Shown here: positions 10,178 through 19,930 of the stretch, one piece after another
How positions within the stretch are numbered: the first letter of the stretch is position 1
Layout: each line of letters begins with the position of its first letter
Source: an uncultured Fibrobacterota bacterium
GTDB lineage: Bacteria; Fibrobacterota; Chitinivibrionia; Chitinivibrionales; FEN-1185
Assembly: GCA_963729895.1 (NCBI GenBank)
Contig: CAVSQB010000028.1
Location: forward strand, 64,001-128,000
DNA length: 64,000 nt
Reading direction: 5' to 3'
Notes under the pieces: model-generated
Databases searched by the model: none
Seen by the model: the letters and a program-made list of their open reading frames with translations, nothing else
What the model was told of the DNA's origin: nothing
Made by a program: the position numbers and the translations under genes

Positions 10178-10521
10178 GTATTGCAAAAATTCTTCAAGAA
10201 ATCGAAACAATGTAATTTCAAGGAGATTCGGTTTGGACCAAAAATATACATTGTGCCCCGAAATACGCTGAACTATGGAAACGTGAAGGGGCTGCGAAGA
10301 TCGCCTCACGCGGGTACCGGAAGCATGAACCATTAATCGTACAGGGGATGCAAAGAGAGTTTCAATTATTGACAGGGAAGAACCATTGATGATCGGAGGC
10401 CATGCAGGAGAGGCCGCATACGTAACCGCTGTGCAGAGCCGATCAAAGCCCGGAACCCGGGCGGAGTTTTTGATCATGTGGGGGAAATCCGTCATTTTAA
10501 GCTGAATTTCGTGCAACAATC

Positions 10522-10530
10522 TGATATAAT
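10522..10530 (+). promoter_or_regulatory. Extended -10 promoter element upstream of the giant surface protein gene
   Basis: TGATATAAT matches TGnTATAAT about 160 nt before the start codon. Confidence 0.5.
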
Positions 10531-10689
10531 AAGTAGTGAGATTATTCAGCCGCAAGCTGCCCGGTGCGTGGCAGCCGAAACGCGGTCGAACGTGGAATCT
10601 TTCCTATCTGTCTTCAGTTACTCGCCGGCCGACACCGGGGCATGACGGGCGCGTGACAACACTGCTTGTGCAAAGCGGGAGCATGTACG

Positions 10690-13600
10690 ATGAGAAGTCT
10701 TGTGATGAAGCGTGGCGGATGCAGCCTGATCACTGCTTTTGCCTTCGCTTGGATGGCCGGACTAGGCCTTGCCGCGTTGGGCGCGGACGATTATTCGCAA
10801 TGGACGCACGCCAGCACCATCACCCTCAACACCACGGCATCGGGCGCGAACGTCGCTACTGCGCAGGCGGGCTTTCCCGTGGTCGTAAGGCTGACAAGCG
10901 CAAACACCGTCTTTTCGTTCGCCCAGGCACAGCCCGCCGGTCAAGACATTCGCTTTGCAACATCCGGCGGCATACACATCCCGTACCAGATAGAGCGCTG
11001 GGACAATGCGAACCAGGTTGCGGAGATCTGGGTGAAGGCGGACGTGAACGGGAACAACAACACCCAACTCTTGATGTACTGGGGCAACGCAGGCGCTGCG
11101 GACAGCTCGAACGGGTCCGCGGTGTTCAGCAATGGATTTGTGGGCCTGTGGCATCTGAATGAAACGGGAAACACCAACGCCAACGGATATGCCGATGCTA
11201 CCGGCAGCTTTCCTCTCACCGGGGTCGGGATGGTGGCCGGTGACGAAACAAATGCCGTCATAGGAAGGGGACAGAATTTCGGGAGTACGAATGTTTCCAA
11301 CATCCCTGCCGGCATTACCGGCAAATATCTTTTTGCTGCCTCAGGGCCGAGTGAGACGGGCAAAAGCATAACTGCGATGGTGTGGACGCAATTGACCGGT
11401 ACTGCAAGTCAACAATACGTTTTTAACCAGGGCGGCACAGGCAACACACGTTGGGACTTGGGCATTAATACTTCTAACCCCTTCCCGTTCGAATTCGATA
11501 TCAATGACCATACCGCCGGTAATTTCACGACCGACGTAACCGCCATTGACGGCAACTGGCACCTGTGGGCAGTCACCTACGATACTTTGACACCTGCTAA
11601 TCTTGCCTTGGCGGGCGCCGTGGCTGAGGGGCCGGTTGGTACTTTTGCAGACCAGACAGCAGCCGCAAACAATGTTACTGCAAATGACATGACCCTGATT
11701 CGCGCTACTCCTGCGGTCAATGATGCATACTATTTTGGAAATGCCACCACGTTCAGAGCACTTGGTTTGCATGTGGGCACTCTTGGCGTCGGCGTCTGGA
11801 CAATCACGTGGGAATATTGGAACGGCGCGTGGATTCCTTTAAGCGGAGTATCTGACGGAACAATAAACGCCGCCGCGGGTAACACCGGCGGTCTCACGCT
11901 AAGCGGTTCGGTTTCTTTTGCCCAGCCCCCGGATTGGGCAACTACAGCCGTGGACGGCATTACGGCCTATTGGATCCGGGCTAGGGTGAGCGCGTTTACA
12001 AGCATAACAACACCGCCACTAGGCACTCAGGTTTTTTGCGGCCCCACCGTTACTCTCTGGAAGGACGGCGGCCCGGTGGCCACAAGTGTGCTTTGGACAC
12101 GTCCCGGCAGGTCCGGTGAAATTGACATAGCAACAAGGTCTGATCATACCAATCTTTTTAAAGGTATCGTTGATGAACCGTCCATCGCCACCGGTGTCCG
12201 TTCTGCCGACTGGATAACCCTGTGCTATCAGTCCCAGAAACTTGGCGCCAACTGGATCACGTTCGCATCCGTGACTACGGCAGCGCCTTCGATCACGACC
12301 TCGCCATCGAACCTGACGGTAAATTCGGGCCAGACGGCCACATTCACCGTCGTTGCGACAGGCGGAGGCATCGCATACCAGTGGCAGCGCAGCCCGGACG
12401 GGACGACGTGGACAAATGTCGCCACCGGTACCGGCGGCGCATCATCCGCCTACTCCTTCACAGCTGCATACCCGGCCGACAACGGAGCACAATTCCGCTG
12501 TACGGTGACCAATTCAAAAGGGGCTGCCACGTCCGGTACGGCGACGCTTACCGTGACGTGCAACGCGCCCTCCATTTCCACCCAGCCGACTCCGGCAACT
12601 CAAACCGTCCTGGTCGGCAGTGCAGTCTCCTATTCCGTTTCAGCAACCGGCACGAACGTTCCTTTCACTTATCAGTGGCAGCAGAGCAAGAACGGCGGGG
12701 CGACCTGGACCGCCGCCGGAGGCGCGGGAGCGACCTCGCAATCGTTTACATCGTCTGCCTTGACATCATCGGACAACAATTCGCAATTTCATTGCATTGT
12801 CACCAGCGCGTGCGGGACCTCGGTCACGTCGAACGCCGTTTCCGTTACAGTCACTACACAGCCGCCCGTCATAACCGTCCAGCCGGCCGCTGCAACAACC
12901 GTGAATGTGGGCGGCAGTTTGTCTCTTACCGTGGTGGCCACAAACGCGACCGCTTACCAGTGGAAGCAAGGGGGCGCGGCGATCGCAGGCGCCACCGCTG
13001 CTACCTACAGTAAGAACCCGGTTGCCCTTGCGGATGCGGGAAGTTACACGGTGGTGGTGAAGAACACTCAGGACAGCGTGGAAAGCCAGCCTGCGGTGGT
13101 AACCGTGCTTGTGCCCATAAAGGCAATGTTCACGGTGAGCCAGACCATTGCGCAGGTTCCGGCCACCATCACGTTCACCGACCAGTCCACGGGCCCGTTT
13201 ACAAAGCGGTTATGGTATTTCGGGGACGGCGGGGTTGATACCAGCAACAATTCGAACCCGCAGCACGTGTACAATTCGTCCGGGGTATTTTCGGCAACGC
13301 TCGTGCTGCTGAACGGCGCGGTGCGAGCCGACAGCATGACAATATCCATAACCACGTTCAAGGACAACCCGGTTGCCATCACGGGGAGGTATGTATCCGC
13401 GGGCAAAGCTGAGATAACGTTTGCGAACTACGCGCTTGTTCCCCTTGGTCCGCTTCCGCTGCCATACGCGGACAGCCTGAGGCTGTGGTACCAGTCCGGA
13501 TCGGCACTGCCGGTTTCTGCCGCGGCGCCCGCGGCGCAGTGCGGAGAATACAGCCTGTCCGACATGCAGAAAGCAACGCCGCCGTTTAAGGCGGACGTTA

Positions 13601-16600
13601 CCGTGGTGCTCGCGGGTACGGATACTGCTGCCGGATTCATGACGCAAGTGCATTGGAACAACGGCACATGGTACTGGAGCGCGTTCAGTGCCGGCAACGG
13701 CACGATCGTGGTGATGACCGACACCACCACTCCCGTAAACACGGCCCGGGTTGGCGGGCAATGGTTTGGCGGCGATTCGGTGCAGTTCACGGTTTCTAAT
13801 TTGTTAAGTTTGGATACGTCGAGCGTGGACTCGGTGATAGTCTGGTTCGGCACGAGCGCCACGGATACGGTGCCGAATTATGCCGATCCGGCCCAGACCT
13901 GGCGGTTCAAGCTTGGGTCCGTCTATGCCAGCGGCCGGGACAGCGTTGTCGTGCAAAATCCGCAGTTCAATACAGGGGTGCAGAAGCTGTTGAACTGTTA
14001 TGTTATTGTGAAGGGAAAAGACAAGAAAGAGAGTTCGCTTGTTCGCGCGCAGTATTATGCCGGAGCGAACCGGCCCTCGAATCCGATTATTTTGACCGCG
14101 GTGGCCCAGAGCGCGAGCAGTATCCTGCTGACGTGGAACCCGGTTGGAGGGGTCAGCAACATCCGCATCTGGTACCAGGCCGGCGCCGCCGTCACGGTGA
14201 ATACCGCCACCTTTGCGTCCCCGCCCTACAATTCGATAGACGTGCCCCTGGTGTCAAACACGCAGCTTGTGGTAACGGGCCTGCTGTCGCAAACGCATTA
14301 CTATTTCGGCGCGCAGGTATTTGAGGGCGGGCAGTGGTCGTACGTGACGGACTCCTCGAGCGCCAATGCAACGACCTTTCAACCGGGCGGGAAGCTTGAT
14401 ACCAATTCCGTGAAGATAACGAGCCTTACGTTCGATACCGCCACCAACGAGATCCATGTAAGCTGGACGGTGAACAACAATCTTCCCGACACCCTGGAGA
14501 TCGGCATTTCGTATTCGCTGAGCGGGTATCCGACGGCGGACACGAGTATCCATCAGCTCATACCGGTGAAGTCCGGGTCGGACAGCACGACAATCAAGCT
14601 GCAGCCCCTGGTGTATAGTGCTCAGTATTACGTTGCTCTGTGGGAAAGCAGGCTCAACGGAACGCCGGCCGATCCGACCTCCGGTTCCGAGGCGGTTGTT
14701 GCGAGTCCGTTTTACAACTGGCAACCGGCCACGCTTTTCACCACGGTGCCTGGCGACACGCATGCGCTGTTCAACGGGAATATCGTGATCATTGCCAATG
14801 CGCTGACCCCTGGCGATGTGACCAACACGCCCGACACGATACGGTATGACTCAATCGGCCCGGCAAATCTCTACGGGTTTGTGCCGGTAAGCGTGCCGTT
14901 CTACTTTTCCCATCTGGACCAGTCTGCGCCGTTCAAGATAGAATTCAAGCTTTTCCCGGCTGCCGCCACGTACGGGCTGGCCAATGTGCGGATTTATCAA
15001 CAAGGGAGCAATGGCCTCTGGTATGTGGACAGGACGTCGATGGCCGACAGCACCGGCTATGCGTGGACGATCATGGCCAACAAGGATTTTATGGGTCCGC
15101 AGGACCGGTTCATGGCGCTCATCGACACCATGTCGGTGACCGTGACGCTAGGATTGCATTCGGATACGGTTGGGGCATTTGCGAACCTGTACGATGAACT
15201 TCACATAAGCGACAATTGCGCCAACGTGATAGTGAAATATTATTACGCCAGCGGCGACAACAGCGAGGCGGGGTTGGACAGCAACATGCTTTCGTCAACG
15301 AGCGCTGTCTTTGTCGACACCATTTTGGGCCCGTATGTTTCCAAGTATACGGGGTATCGCGGCCTGGTGGTGGCCAGCGACGGCGTCCACAACGACACGC
15401 TGAACGTGTCGCGGCAGGTGATGCGTGACAACTCTGATGTCGTCCCGACCGGAGTGCAAACGTGGGTCCCGCTGCGGGTGACCGCTGGCCTTGCCAACGA
15501 CACCATGAAGAACATTCTCGAAGCGAGCACGGCCAACCCGGCATGGACCTACGATAACACGCAACTGCGGTTGTTCAGGTGGCAGTCGGACAAGTGGGTT
15601 GAGTATTCGGGCCAGACGACCGGTATTTTCTCCATGGTCCCGGGGATCGTGGTATGGGCAAAGTCGCGGCAGAGCATTTCAGTTAATTTTGGCAATGGCA
15701 TCACGCCAAGTCTGAAGAATGCATATCCGATTTCGCTTGCGCCGGGCGAATTTACCGATTTTGCGCTGCCGTTCAAGTTCGACATCAGGATAGGCGACAT
15801 CATCGATTCAACCGATTCAATCGGGACCATGGCCGTGGGAGATTCGTTGCAGTTCCATTCGTGGGTGAAAGACTCGGGCAGCAGCCAATTGAAATTGAAC
15901 GATCTTTTCATCGAGGACATGGCTGGTGCGCTGGCTTCGCTTGGCGACAAGGGAACGGTGATCAGTTCGCAAGACCTTGCAGGCGCGTACACGGTGTATA
16001 ATCCCCTGACCGTTCCGGTGACGCTCAAAGTTGCTCCGATTCCGAAAGTTTTGTCGGGCTATGTTGCAAAGAAGCGCATGGCAAAGACAAGCGGAGCCAC
16101 GGGCTGGGCGCTGTCGGTGGTTCCGCACCTTTCCGACGGCTCGCCGCTGACGTCCGTGCTGTGCGGCTACACGCAGGCAAAGAGCGCGGTAGTGAGCTAC
16201 TTTCCGGTGCCTCCTTCGTTTTCACAGGAGCATGTGTGCGTGTACGACAACACGGGGAAGAAGCTGTACGGAGATGCGCTTTCGCACACGACGGCGGGCG
16301 GCGGGTGCACGTATCTGCTTGCTTTTGTCAACGACGGGCAGGAGCAGAGCCGGATATCGTATCACGTGGAAACGCTGACAGCGCTTCCGCAGGGTTTTCT
16401 TGCAAAGGCGCTGAACGAGGAGACGGGGATGTACGACGACTTTTCCGCCAAGGACGCGGCGGTCACGGTTGCGGCGGGCGGCAGGGCATACCGGCTGCTG
16501 GTGGTGGGTAGCCAGACGTATCTCGCCAAGATGGCGATTATCATGAAGACCGGGACCCTGCAGCTTGTCGGCACGTCGCCGAACCCGTTCGGAAGGATGG

Positions 16601-16857
16601 TCCGGATCAGGTACAACATTGCAGGCGGCGGGGTGAGCAGCGCACGGTTCTGCATATACGACATGCGCGGCAGGATCGTGTGGCAGATAACCACAAATGA
16701 AGAAGGTTTCCAGGGCATTCGGGAGATCACGTGGGACGGCAGGTCGCTGGACAAGCGCCGCGTTGCCGCCGGGATGTATGTGGTGCGCATGGAAGCGTTC
16801 GACGAAAACAAGAAGACGAGCGGCATCTTTGAAAAAAGAATGACGTACCTGCCGTAA
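10690..16857 (+). CDS. ~2055-aa secreted multidomain surface protein: DUF2341, LamG-like domain (with insertion), three Ig domains, PKD, FN3-like domain, FlgD/T9SS-like C-terminal domain
   Basis: Signal peptide; GQDIRF...PYQIERWD...AEIWVK (DUF2341); GLWHLNE, DGNWHLWAVTYD, FKGIVDE...RSADWI (LamG); YQWQ...QFRCTVTN (Ig); FTDQSTG...WYFGDG...NPQHVY (PKD); PNPF...IYDMRGR...WDG...GMYVVRM. Confidence 0.9.
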   Translation: MRSLVMKRGGCSLITAFAFAWMAGLGLAALGADDYSQWTHASTITLNTTASGANVATAQAGFPVVVRLTSANTVFSFAQAQPAGQDIRFATSGGIHIPYQIERWDNANQVAEIWVKADVNGNNNTQLLMYWGNAGAADSSNGSAVFSNGFVGLWHLNETGNTNANGYADATGSFPLTGVGMVAGDETNAVIGRGQNFGSTNVSNIPAGITGKYLFAASGPSETGKSITAMVWTQLTGTASQQYVFNQGGTGNTRWDLGINTSNPFPFEFDINDHTAGNFTTDVTAIDGNWHLWAVTYDTLTPANLALAGAVAEGPVGTFADQTAAANNVTANDMTLIRATPAVNDAYYFGNATTFRALGLHVGTLGVGVWTITWEYWNGAWIPLSGVSDGTINAAAGNTGGLTLSGSVSFAQPPDWATTAVDGITAYWIRARVSAFTSITTPPLGTQVFCGPTVTLWKDGGPVATSVLWTRPGRSGEIDIATRSDHTNLFKGIVDEPSIATGVRSADWITLCYQSQKLGANWITFASVTTAAPSITTSPSNLTVNSGQTATFTVVATGGGIAYQWQRSPDGTTWTNVATGTGGASSAYSFTAAYPADNGAQFRCTVTNSKGAATSGTATLTVTCNAPSISTQPTPATQTVLVGSAVSYSVSATGTNVPFTYQWQQSKNGGATWTAAGGAGATSQSFTSSALTSSDNNSQFHCIVTSACGTSVTSNAVSVTVTTQPPVITVQPAAATTVNVGGSLSLTVVATNATAYQWKQGGAAIAGATAATYSKNPVALADAGSYTVVVKNTQDSVESQPAVVTVLVPIKAMFTVSQTIAQVPATITFTDQSTGPFTKRLWYFGDGGVDTSNNSNPQHVYNSSGVFSATLVLLNGAVRADSMTISITTFKDNPVAITGRYVSAGKAEITFANYALVPLGPLPLPYADSLRLWYQSGSALPVSAAAPAAQCGEYSLSDMQKATPPFKADVTVVLAGTDTAAGFMTQVHWNNGTWYWSAFSAGNGTIVVMTDTTTPVNTARVGGQWFGGDSVQFTVSNLLSLDTSSVDSVIVWFGTSATDTVPNYADPAQTWRFKLGSVYASGRDSVVVQNPQFNTGVQKLLNCYVIVKGKDKKESSLVRAQYYAGANRPSNPIILTAVAQSASSILLTWNPVGGVSNIRIWYQAGAAVTVNTATFASPPYNSIDVPLVSNTQLVVTGLLSQTHYYFGAQVFEGGQWSYVTDSSSANATTFQPGGKLDTNSVKITSLTFDTATNEIHVSWTVNNNLPDTLEIGISYSLSGYPTADTSIHQLIPVKSGSDSTTIKLQPLVYSAQYYVALWESRLNGTPADPTSGSEAVVASPFYNWQPATLFTTVPGDTHALFNGNIVIIANALTPGDVTNTPDTIRYDSIGPANLYGFVPVSVPFYFSHLDQSAPFKIEFKLFPAAATYGLANVRIYQQGSNGLWYVDRTSMADSTGYAWTIMANKDFMGPQDRFMALIDTMSVTVTLGLHSDTVGAFANLYDELHISDNCANVIVKYYYASGDNSEAGLDSNMLSSTSAVFVDTILGPYVSKYTGYRGLVVASDGVHNDTLNVSRQVMRDNSDVVPTGVQTWVPLRVTAGLANDTMKNILEASTANPAWTYDNTQLRLFRWQSDKWVEYSGQTTGIFSMVPGIVVWAKSRQSISVNFGNGITPSLKNAYPISLAPGEFTDFALPFKFDIRIGDIIDSTDSIGTMAVGDSLQFHSWVKDSGSSQLKLNDLFIEDMAGALASLGDKGTVISSQDLAGAYTVYNPLTVPVTLKVAPIPKVLSGYVAKKRMAKTSGATGWALSVVPHLSDGSPLTSVLCGYTQAKSAVVSYFPVPPSFSQEHVCVYDNTGKKLYGDALSHTTAGGGCTYLLAFVNDGQEQSRISYHVETLTALPQGFLAKALNEETGMYDDFSAKDAAVTVAAGGRAYRLLVVGSQTYLAKMAIIMKTGTLQLVGTSPNPFGRMVRIRYNIAGGGVSSARFCIYDMRGRIVWQITTNEEGFQGIREITWDGRSLDKRRVAAGMYVVRMEAFDENKKTSGIFEKRMTYLP

Positions 16858-16863
16858 AAAAAG

Positions 16864-17040
16864 TTCCGCAGGTCAACAAGGATACGTGGCTGGAAGGACG
16901 TTAAGCACTTCCCGGTCCGCAAGGCTGAGGCGACCCCTGCAGGTGTTTGGATTTGTTCAAGGGTGAGCCTGGGCGCACCCGGCACCGCCATCCGGAGGGA
17001 TAGTAAATCCCGATGATCCGGCTCAGCCATCCAAAAGCAT
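16864..17040. ncRNA. Candidate structured RNA, unassigned family
   Basis: Nested complementary segments: TTTGGAT/ATCCAAA, TGAGCC/GGCTCA, CCGGA/TCCGG, GGGAT/ATCCC, GGAAG/CTTCC, plus ccGCAAgg. Confidence 0.35.
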
Positions 17041-17188
17041 CGAATCTCTATTCTTTGTCTCATCCAAAGTGCGCTCGGAACACCCCCTTTCCTGCAAGAA
17101 AGTAGTATATTCGGATTCATAACAACTGCGCGCAACGGCAGTCTTCGGTTTTTCTCCCAAAGCAACGCCGGTCAAGGAGAAAATATTC

Positions 17189-17671
17189 ATGGCCAGGACA
17201 GAAAAACGCAGCAGCCTGGGCCGGTTCGCCATTCTGCTGTTCATCGTGGGCGGGCTGCTGGGCGTCGATTCCGTGCTGCACCTTTCGTTTGTGTACAAGC
17301 TCTGGCCCCTTATCATCACCATGCTCGGCATCGGCTTTGTCGGCATCTTCCGGACGCGCGACCGCAGGGAGGCGCTGTACCTTACGGTGGGCCTCTATCT
17401 GATCTGCTTCAGCGGGCTTGCCCTGTGGTGCGACTTTACCCGATGGGGCTCTCTCCAAACGCTCTGGCCCCTGTTTGTTGCATTCCTCGGCATTGCGGTG
17501 ACCTGCGACTATGTTTTTTGCCGGAAGAAACATACCTGGCTCTTGATAGGCCTGCTTTTGATTTCCACATCCGTGGTTTTCTTTCTTGTCTTTTCAATCA
17601 GCCATGACCTGTGGTGGACCGTGTTTCTTCTTGCCGGTACGAGCGTATGGATTTCCGAGAGGGACAAATGA
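17189..17671 (+). CDS. Integral membrane protein (LiaF/LiaI-like transmembrane repeats)
   Basis: About six TM helices; two LWPL motifs; AAGGAG RBS; ATGA overlap with the next gene. Confidence 0.75.
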   Translation: MARTEKRSSLGRFAILLFIVGGLLGVDSVLHLSFVYKLWPLIITMLGIGFVGIFRTRDRREALYLTVGLYLICFSGLALWCDFTRWGSLQTLWPLFVAFLGIAVTCDYVFCRKKHTWLLIGLLLISTSVVFFLVFSISHDLWWTVFLLAGTSVWISERDK

Positions 17672-19101
17672 GCCCCGCCAGGCCCGAACACAGGAAGAAA
17701 TCGGTGGTCTTCATAGAGCCGGCCGGCGCGGCCGCGAACGTTTTTGATAATTACATGAAACTGCCCCTCACCGGCACACTGTATTTGGGCACCATTCTGC
17801 ACGAGGCAGGGTACGACGTCCGCATCTACAACGAAAGTGTGCTCGGCGAGCGAATCGATCCCTTTACCATTAGTGCAGACGTGTACTGCATCTCCTCGCT
17901 CACCACGTCGTCCGTGCGTGCAAAGGCGCTGGCGAACCAGATCCGGCGCGTCTATCCGGGCAGTCGCATCATCATCGGCGGCATCCATGCATCGCTCTTG
18001 CCCGACGATTTCGCGGACGCGGCGGACTGCATCGTGCAGGGCGAGTCCGAGAAGAATATCGTTGACATCATAGAAGGAGCCGACGCGGGGAAGATCGTGC
18101 AGGGCCGCGCCATCGACGACGTGGAACAGTTGCCGTTTATCAACTACGGCCTGGTCCAGGGCGTTGACGCCATGGACATCATCCCGATAATGACGTCGCG
18201 CGGGTGCCCGTTCGACTGCAATTTCTGCACCGTGACGAAGATCTTCGGCAAGAAGTTCCGCATGCAGTCGCCGCGGCGCATAATCGCCGAAGTCAAGCAC
18301 GCGCTCTCCTTTTTCAAGACCCGCAGCATCTTCTTCTACGACGACAATTTTACGGCCAACCAACGCCGCATCGACGAACTCTGCGATCTGATCGTGAGCG
18401 AAGGTCTCGACATTTCGTGGTCGGCCCAGGTGCGCCAGGACATCGCGAACAACCCAGTGTTGCTCGGCAAAATGGCCAAGGCCGGCTGCCGGATCGTGTA
18501 CATCGGTTTTGAGTCGATAAGCGATGAAACGCTCAAGGCGATGCACAAGTCGCAGACGCGCAAGGACATCGAAGTCTCAATCCGGGTGATCCAGCAGGCG
18601 GGAATCAACGTCCACGGAATGTTCATCTTCGGCGACGACCACGACACGGTGGAGAGCCTGCGGCAGACCGCGAATTTCGCCATCAACCAGCATATCGACA
18701 CCGTACAGTTCATGATCCTCACGCCGTTTCCCGGCACGCCCGTGTACGAAAAACTTGTCGAGGAAAAACGGCTGTTCCACCGGCGATGGGAGTACTACAA
18801 TGGCATGTTTGCCGTATTCCAGCCCAAGACCATGACCGCGTCCCGGCTGCAGCGGGAAATGATTTCCGCGTACCGCAGATTCTATTCCCTGCAGCATCTT
18901 TTGCTGGAAGGACTGAAGCTGGTCTTTAATGTGTTGCTTGACGCGCTGGTATGGGATTTTAGGAGAGCGTTCCGCTTCAGTTTTGAGACATTGCTCCTCA
19001 AGGGCGGGTTCAAGTTCCTGGTGAGCAGGTTTACAAACACCTACGCAAGTTATTTCAAGTTTCTTGACGAAATAGATATGCCGGCTGGCGGAAAAGATTG
19101 A
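17668..19101 (+). CDS. B12-binding-domain radical SAM protein
   Basis: IIIGGIHAS (B12-binding domain), TSRGCPFDCNFC (CxxxCxxC), FFYDDNF, YIGFES, LTPFPGTP. Confidence 0.9.
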   Translation: MSPARPEHRKKSVVFIEPAGAAANVFDNYMKLPLTGTLYLGTILHEAGYDVRIYNESVLGERIDPFTISADVYCISSLTTSSVRAKALANQIRRVYPGSRIIIGGIHASLLPDDFADAADCIVQGESEKNIVDIIEGADAGKIVQGRAIDDVEQLPFINYGLVQGVDAMDIIPIMTSRGCPFDCNFCTVTKIFGKKFRMQSPRRIIAEVKHALSFFKTRSIFFYDDNFTANQRRIDELCDLIVSEGLDISWSAQVRQDIANNPVLLGKMAKAGCRIVYIGFESISDETLKAMHKSQTRKDIEVSIRVIQQAGINVHGMFIFGDDHDTVESLRQTANFAINQHIDTVQFMILTPFPGTPVYEKLVEEKRLFHRRWEYYNGMFAVFQPKTMTASRLQREMISAYRRFYSLQHLLLEGLKLVFNVLLDALVWDFRRAFRFSFETLLLKGGFKFLVSRFTNTYASYFKFLDEIDMPAGGKD

Positions 19102-19170
19102 AAAGTACCTATTCAAGAGCAAATATTGAAGATTGGAAAAGAGCACGCTATAACTTTACATGAGGTGACA

Positions 19171-19866
19171 ATGAAACACGCTGCCCGATCCCTCCGCATC
19201 ACGCTGCTTGGTTTGACGATCATATCGGCATTTGCCGTTATTCTGATCGGGTGCACGGAACGTGTTTTGGTCCGTACTGCTCCTCCTCCGCTTCCTTTTT
19301 ACGAGCAGCCCTATTGCCCCGGGCCGGGGTACCTGTGGGCGCCGGGTTATTGGGCGTACGGTTCTGATGGCTACTACTGGGTGCCGGGCATGTGGGAACT
19401 TGCGCCGGACGCAGGCCTGCTGTGGACCCCTGGGTACTGGGGTTGGGGAGACGGCGTTTACGTCTGGCACTCCGGTTATTGGGCCAGGCACGTGGGATTT
19501 TACGGCGGGATCAACTACGGGTATGGTTACTCGGGCGTGGGCTACGAAGGCGGCTATTGGAACAACAGGGTCTTCTATTACAATAGTGCCGTTACCAGGG
19601 TGAATGTCACGGTTGTAAATAACACTTACAGCAGGCCCGTTCTTGCCAAAGTTGCAGCCCCGGTCCCCGTCAGTTACAATGGCGGCGCTGGGGGGATAAA
19701 CGCCAGGCCCACGCAGCAGGAGTTGGTTGCAGCCCGCGAACCGCATATCGGCCCGACGGCAAATCAGAAGCGGCTCCATAAGGCGACCGCGCCGAAACCA
19801 CCCAAAAAGCATAGCGCCAAAAAACGCCGCGCCGAAAACCAGGAAAAAGCCGGACCGCGTCAATAG
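19171..19866 (+). CDS. YXWGXW-repeat lipoprotein
   Basis: Lipobox LIGC; repeats YLWAPGYW, YYWVPGMW, LLWTPGYW, YVWHSGYW; GAGGTG RBS. Confidence 0.85.
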   Translation: MKHAARSLRITLLGLTIISAFAVILIGCTERVLVRTAPPPLPFYEQPYCPGPGYLWAPGYWAYGSDGYYWVPGMWELAPDAGLLWTPGYWGWGDGVYVWHSGYWARHVGFYGGINYGYGYSGVGYEGGYWNNRVFYYNSAVTRVNVTVVNNTYSRPVLAKVAAPVPVSYNGGAGGINARPTQQELVAAREPHIGPTANQKRLHKATAPKPPKKHSAKKRRAENQEKAGPRQ

Positions 19867-19930
19867 GTGAGAGGCCGACCGCCGAGCACACCGACCCGGA
19901 AACGATTTCCCAACTCATGGTGAACGTGCA

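Noticed and set aside
10049..10555. 168-aa minus-strand ORF, and tRNA as an island attachment site
   Set aside because: The ORF runs through the tRNA and is spurious; no duplicate tRNA 3' end or integrase was seen.
16864..17040. 6S RNA, SRP RNA or cobalamin riboswitch assignment
   Set aside because: Only short motif similarities; no end-to-end closing stem, SRP helix-8 motif or complete B12 box.
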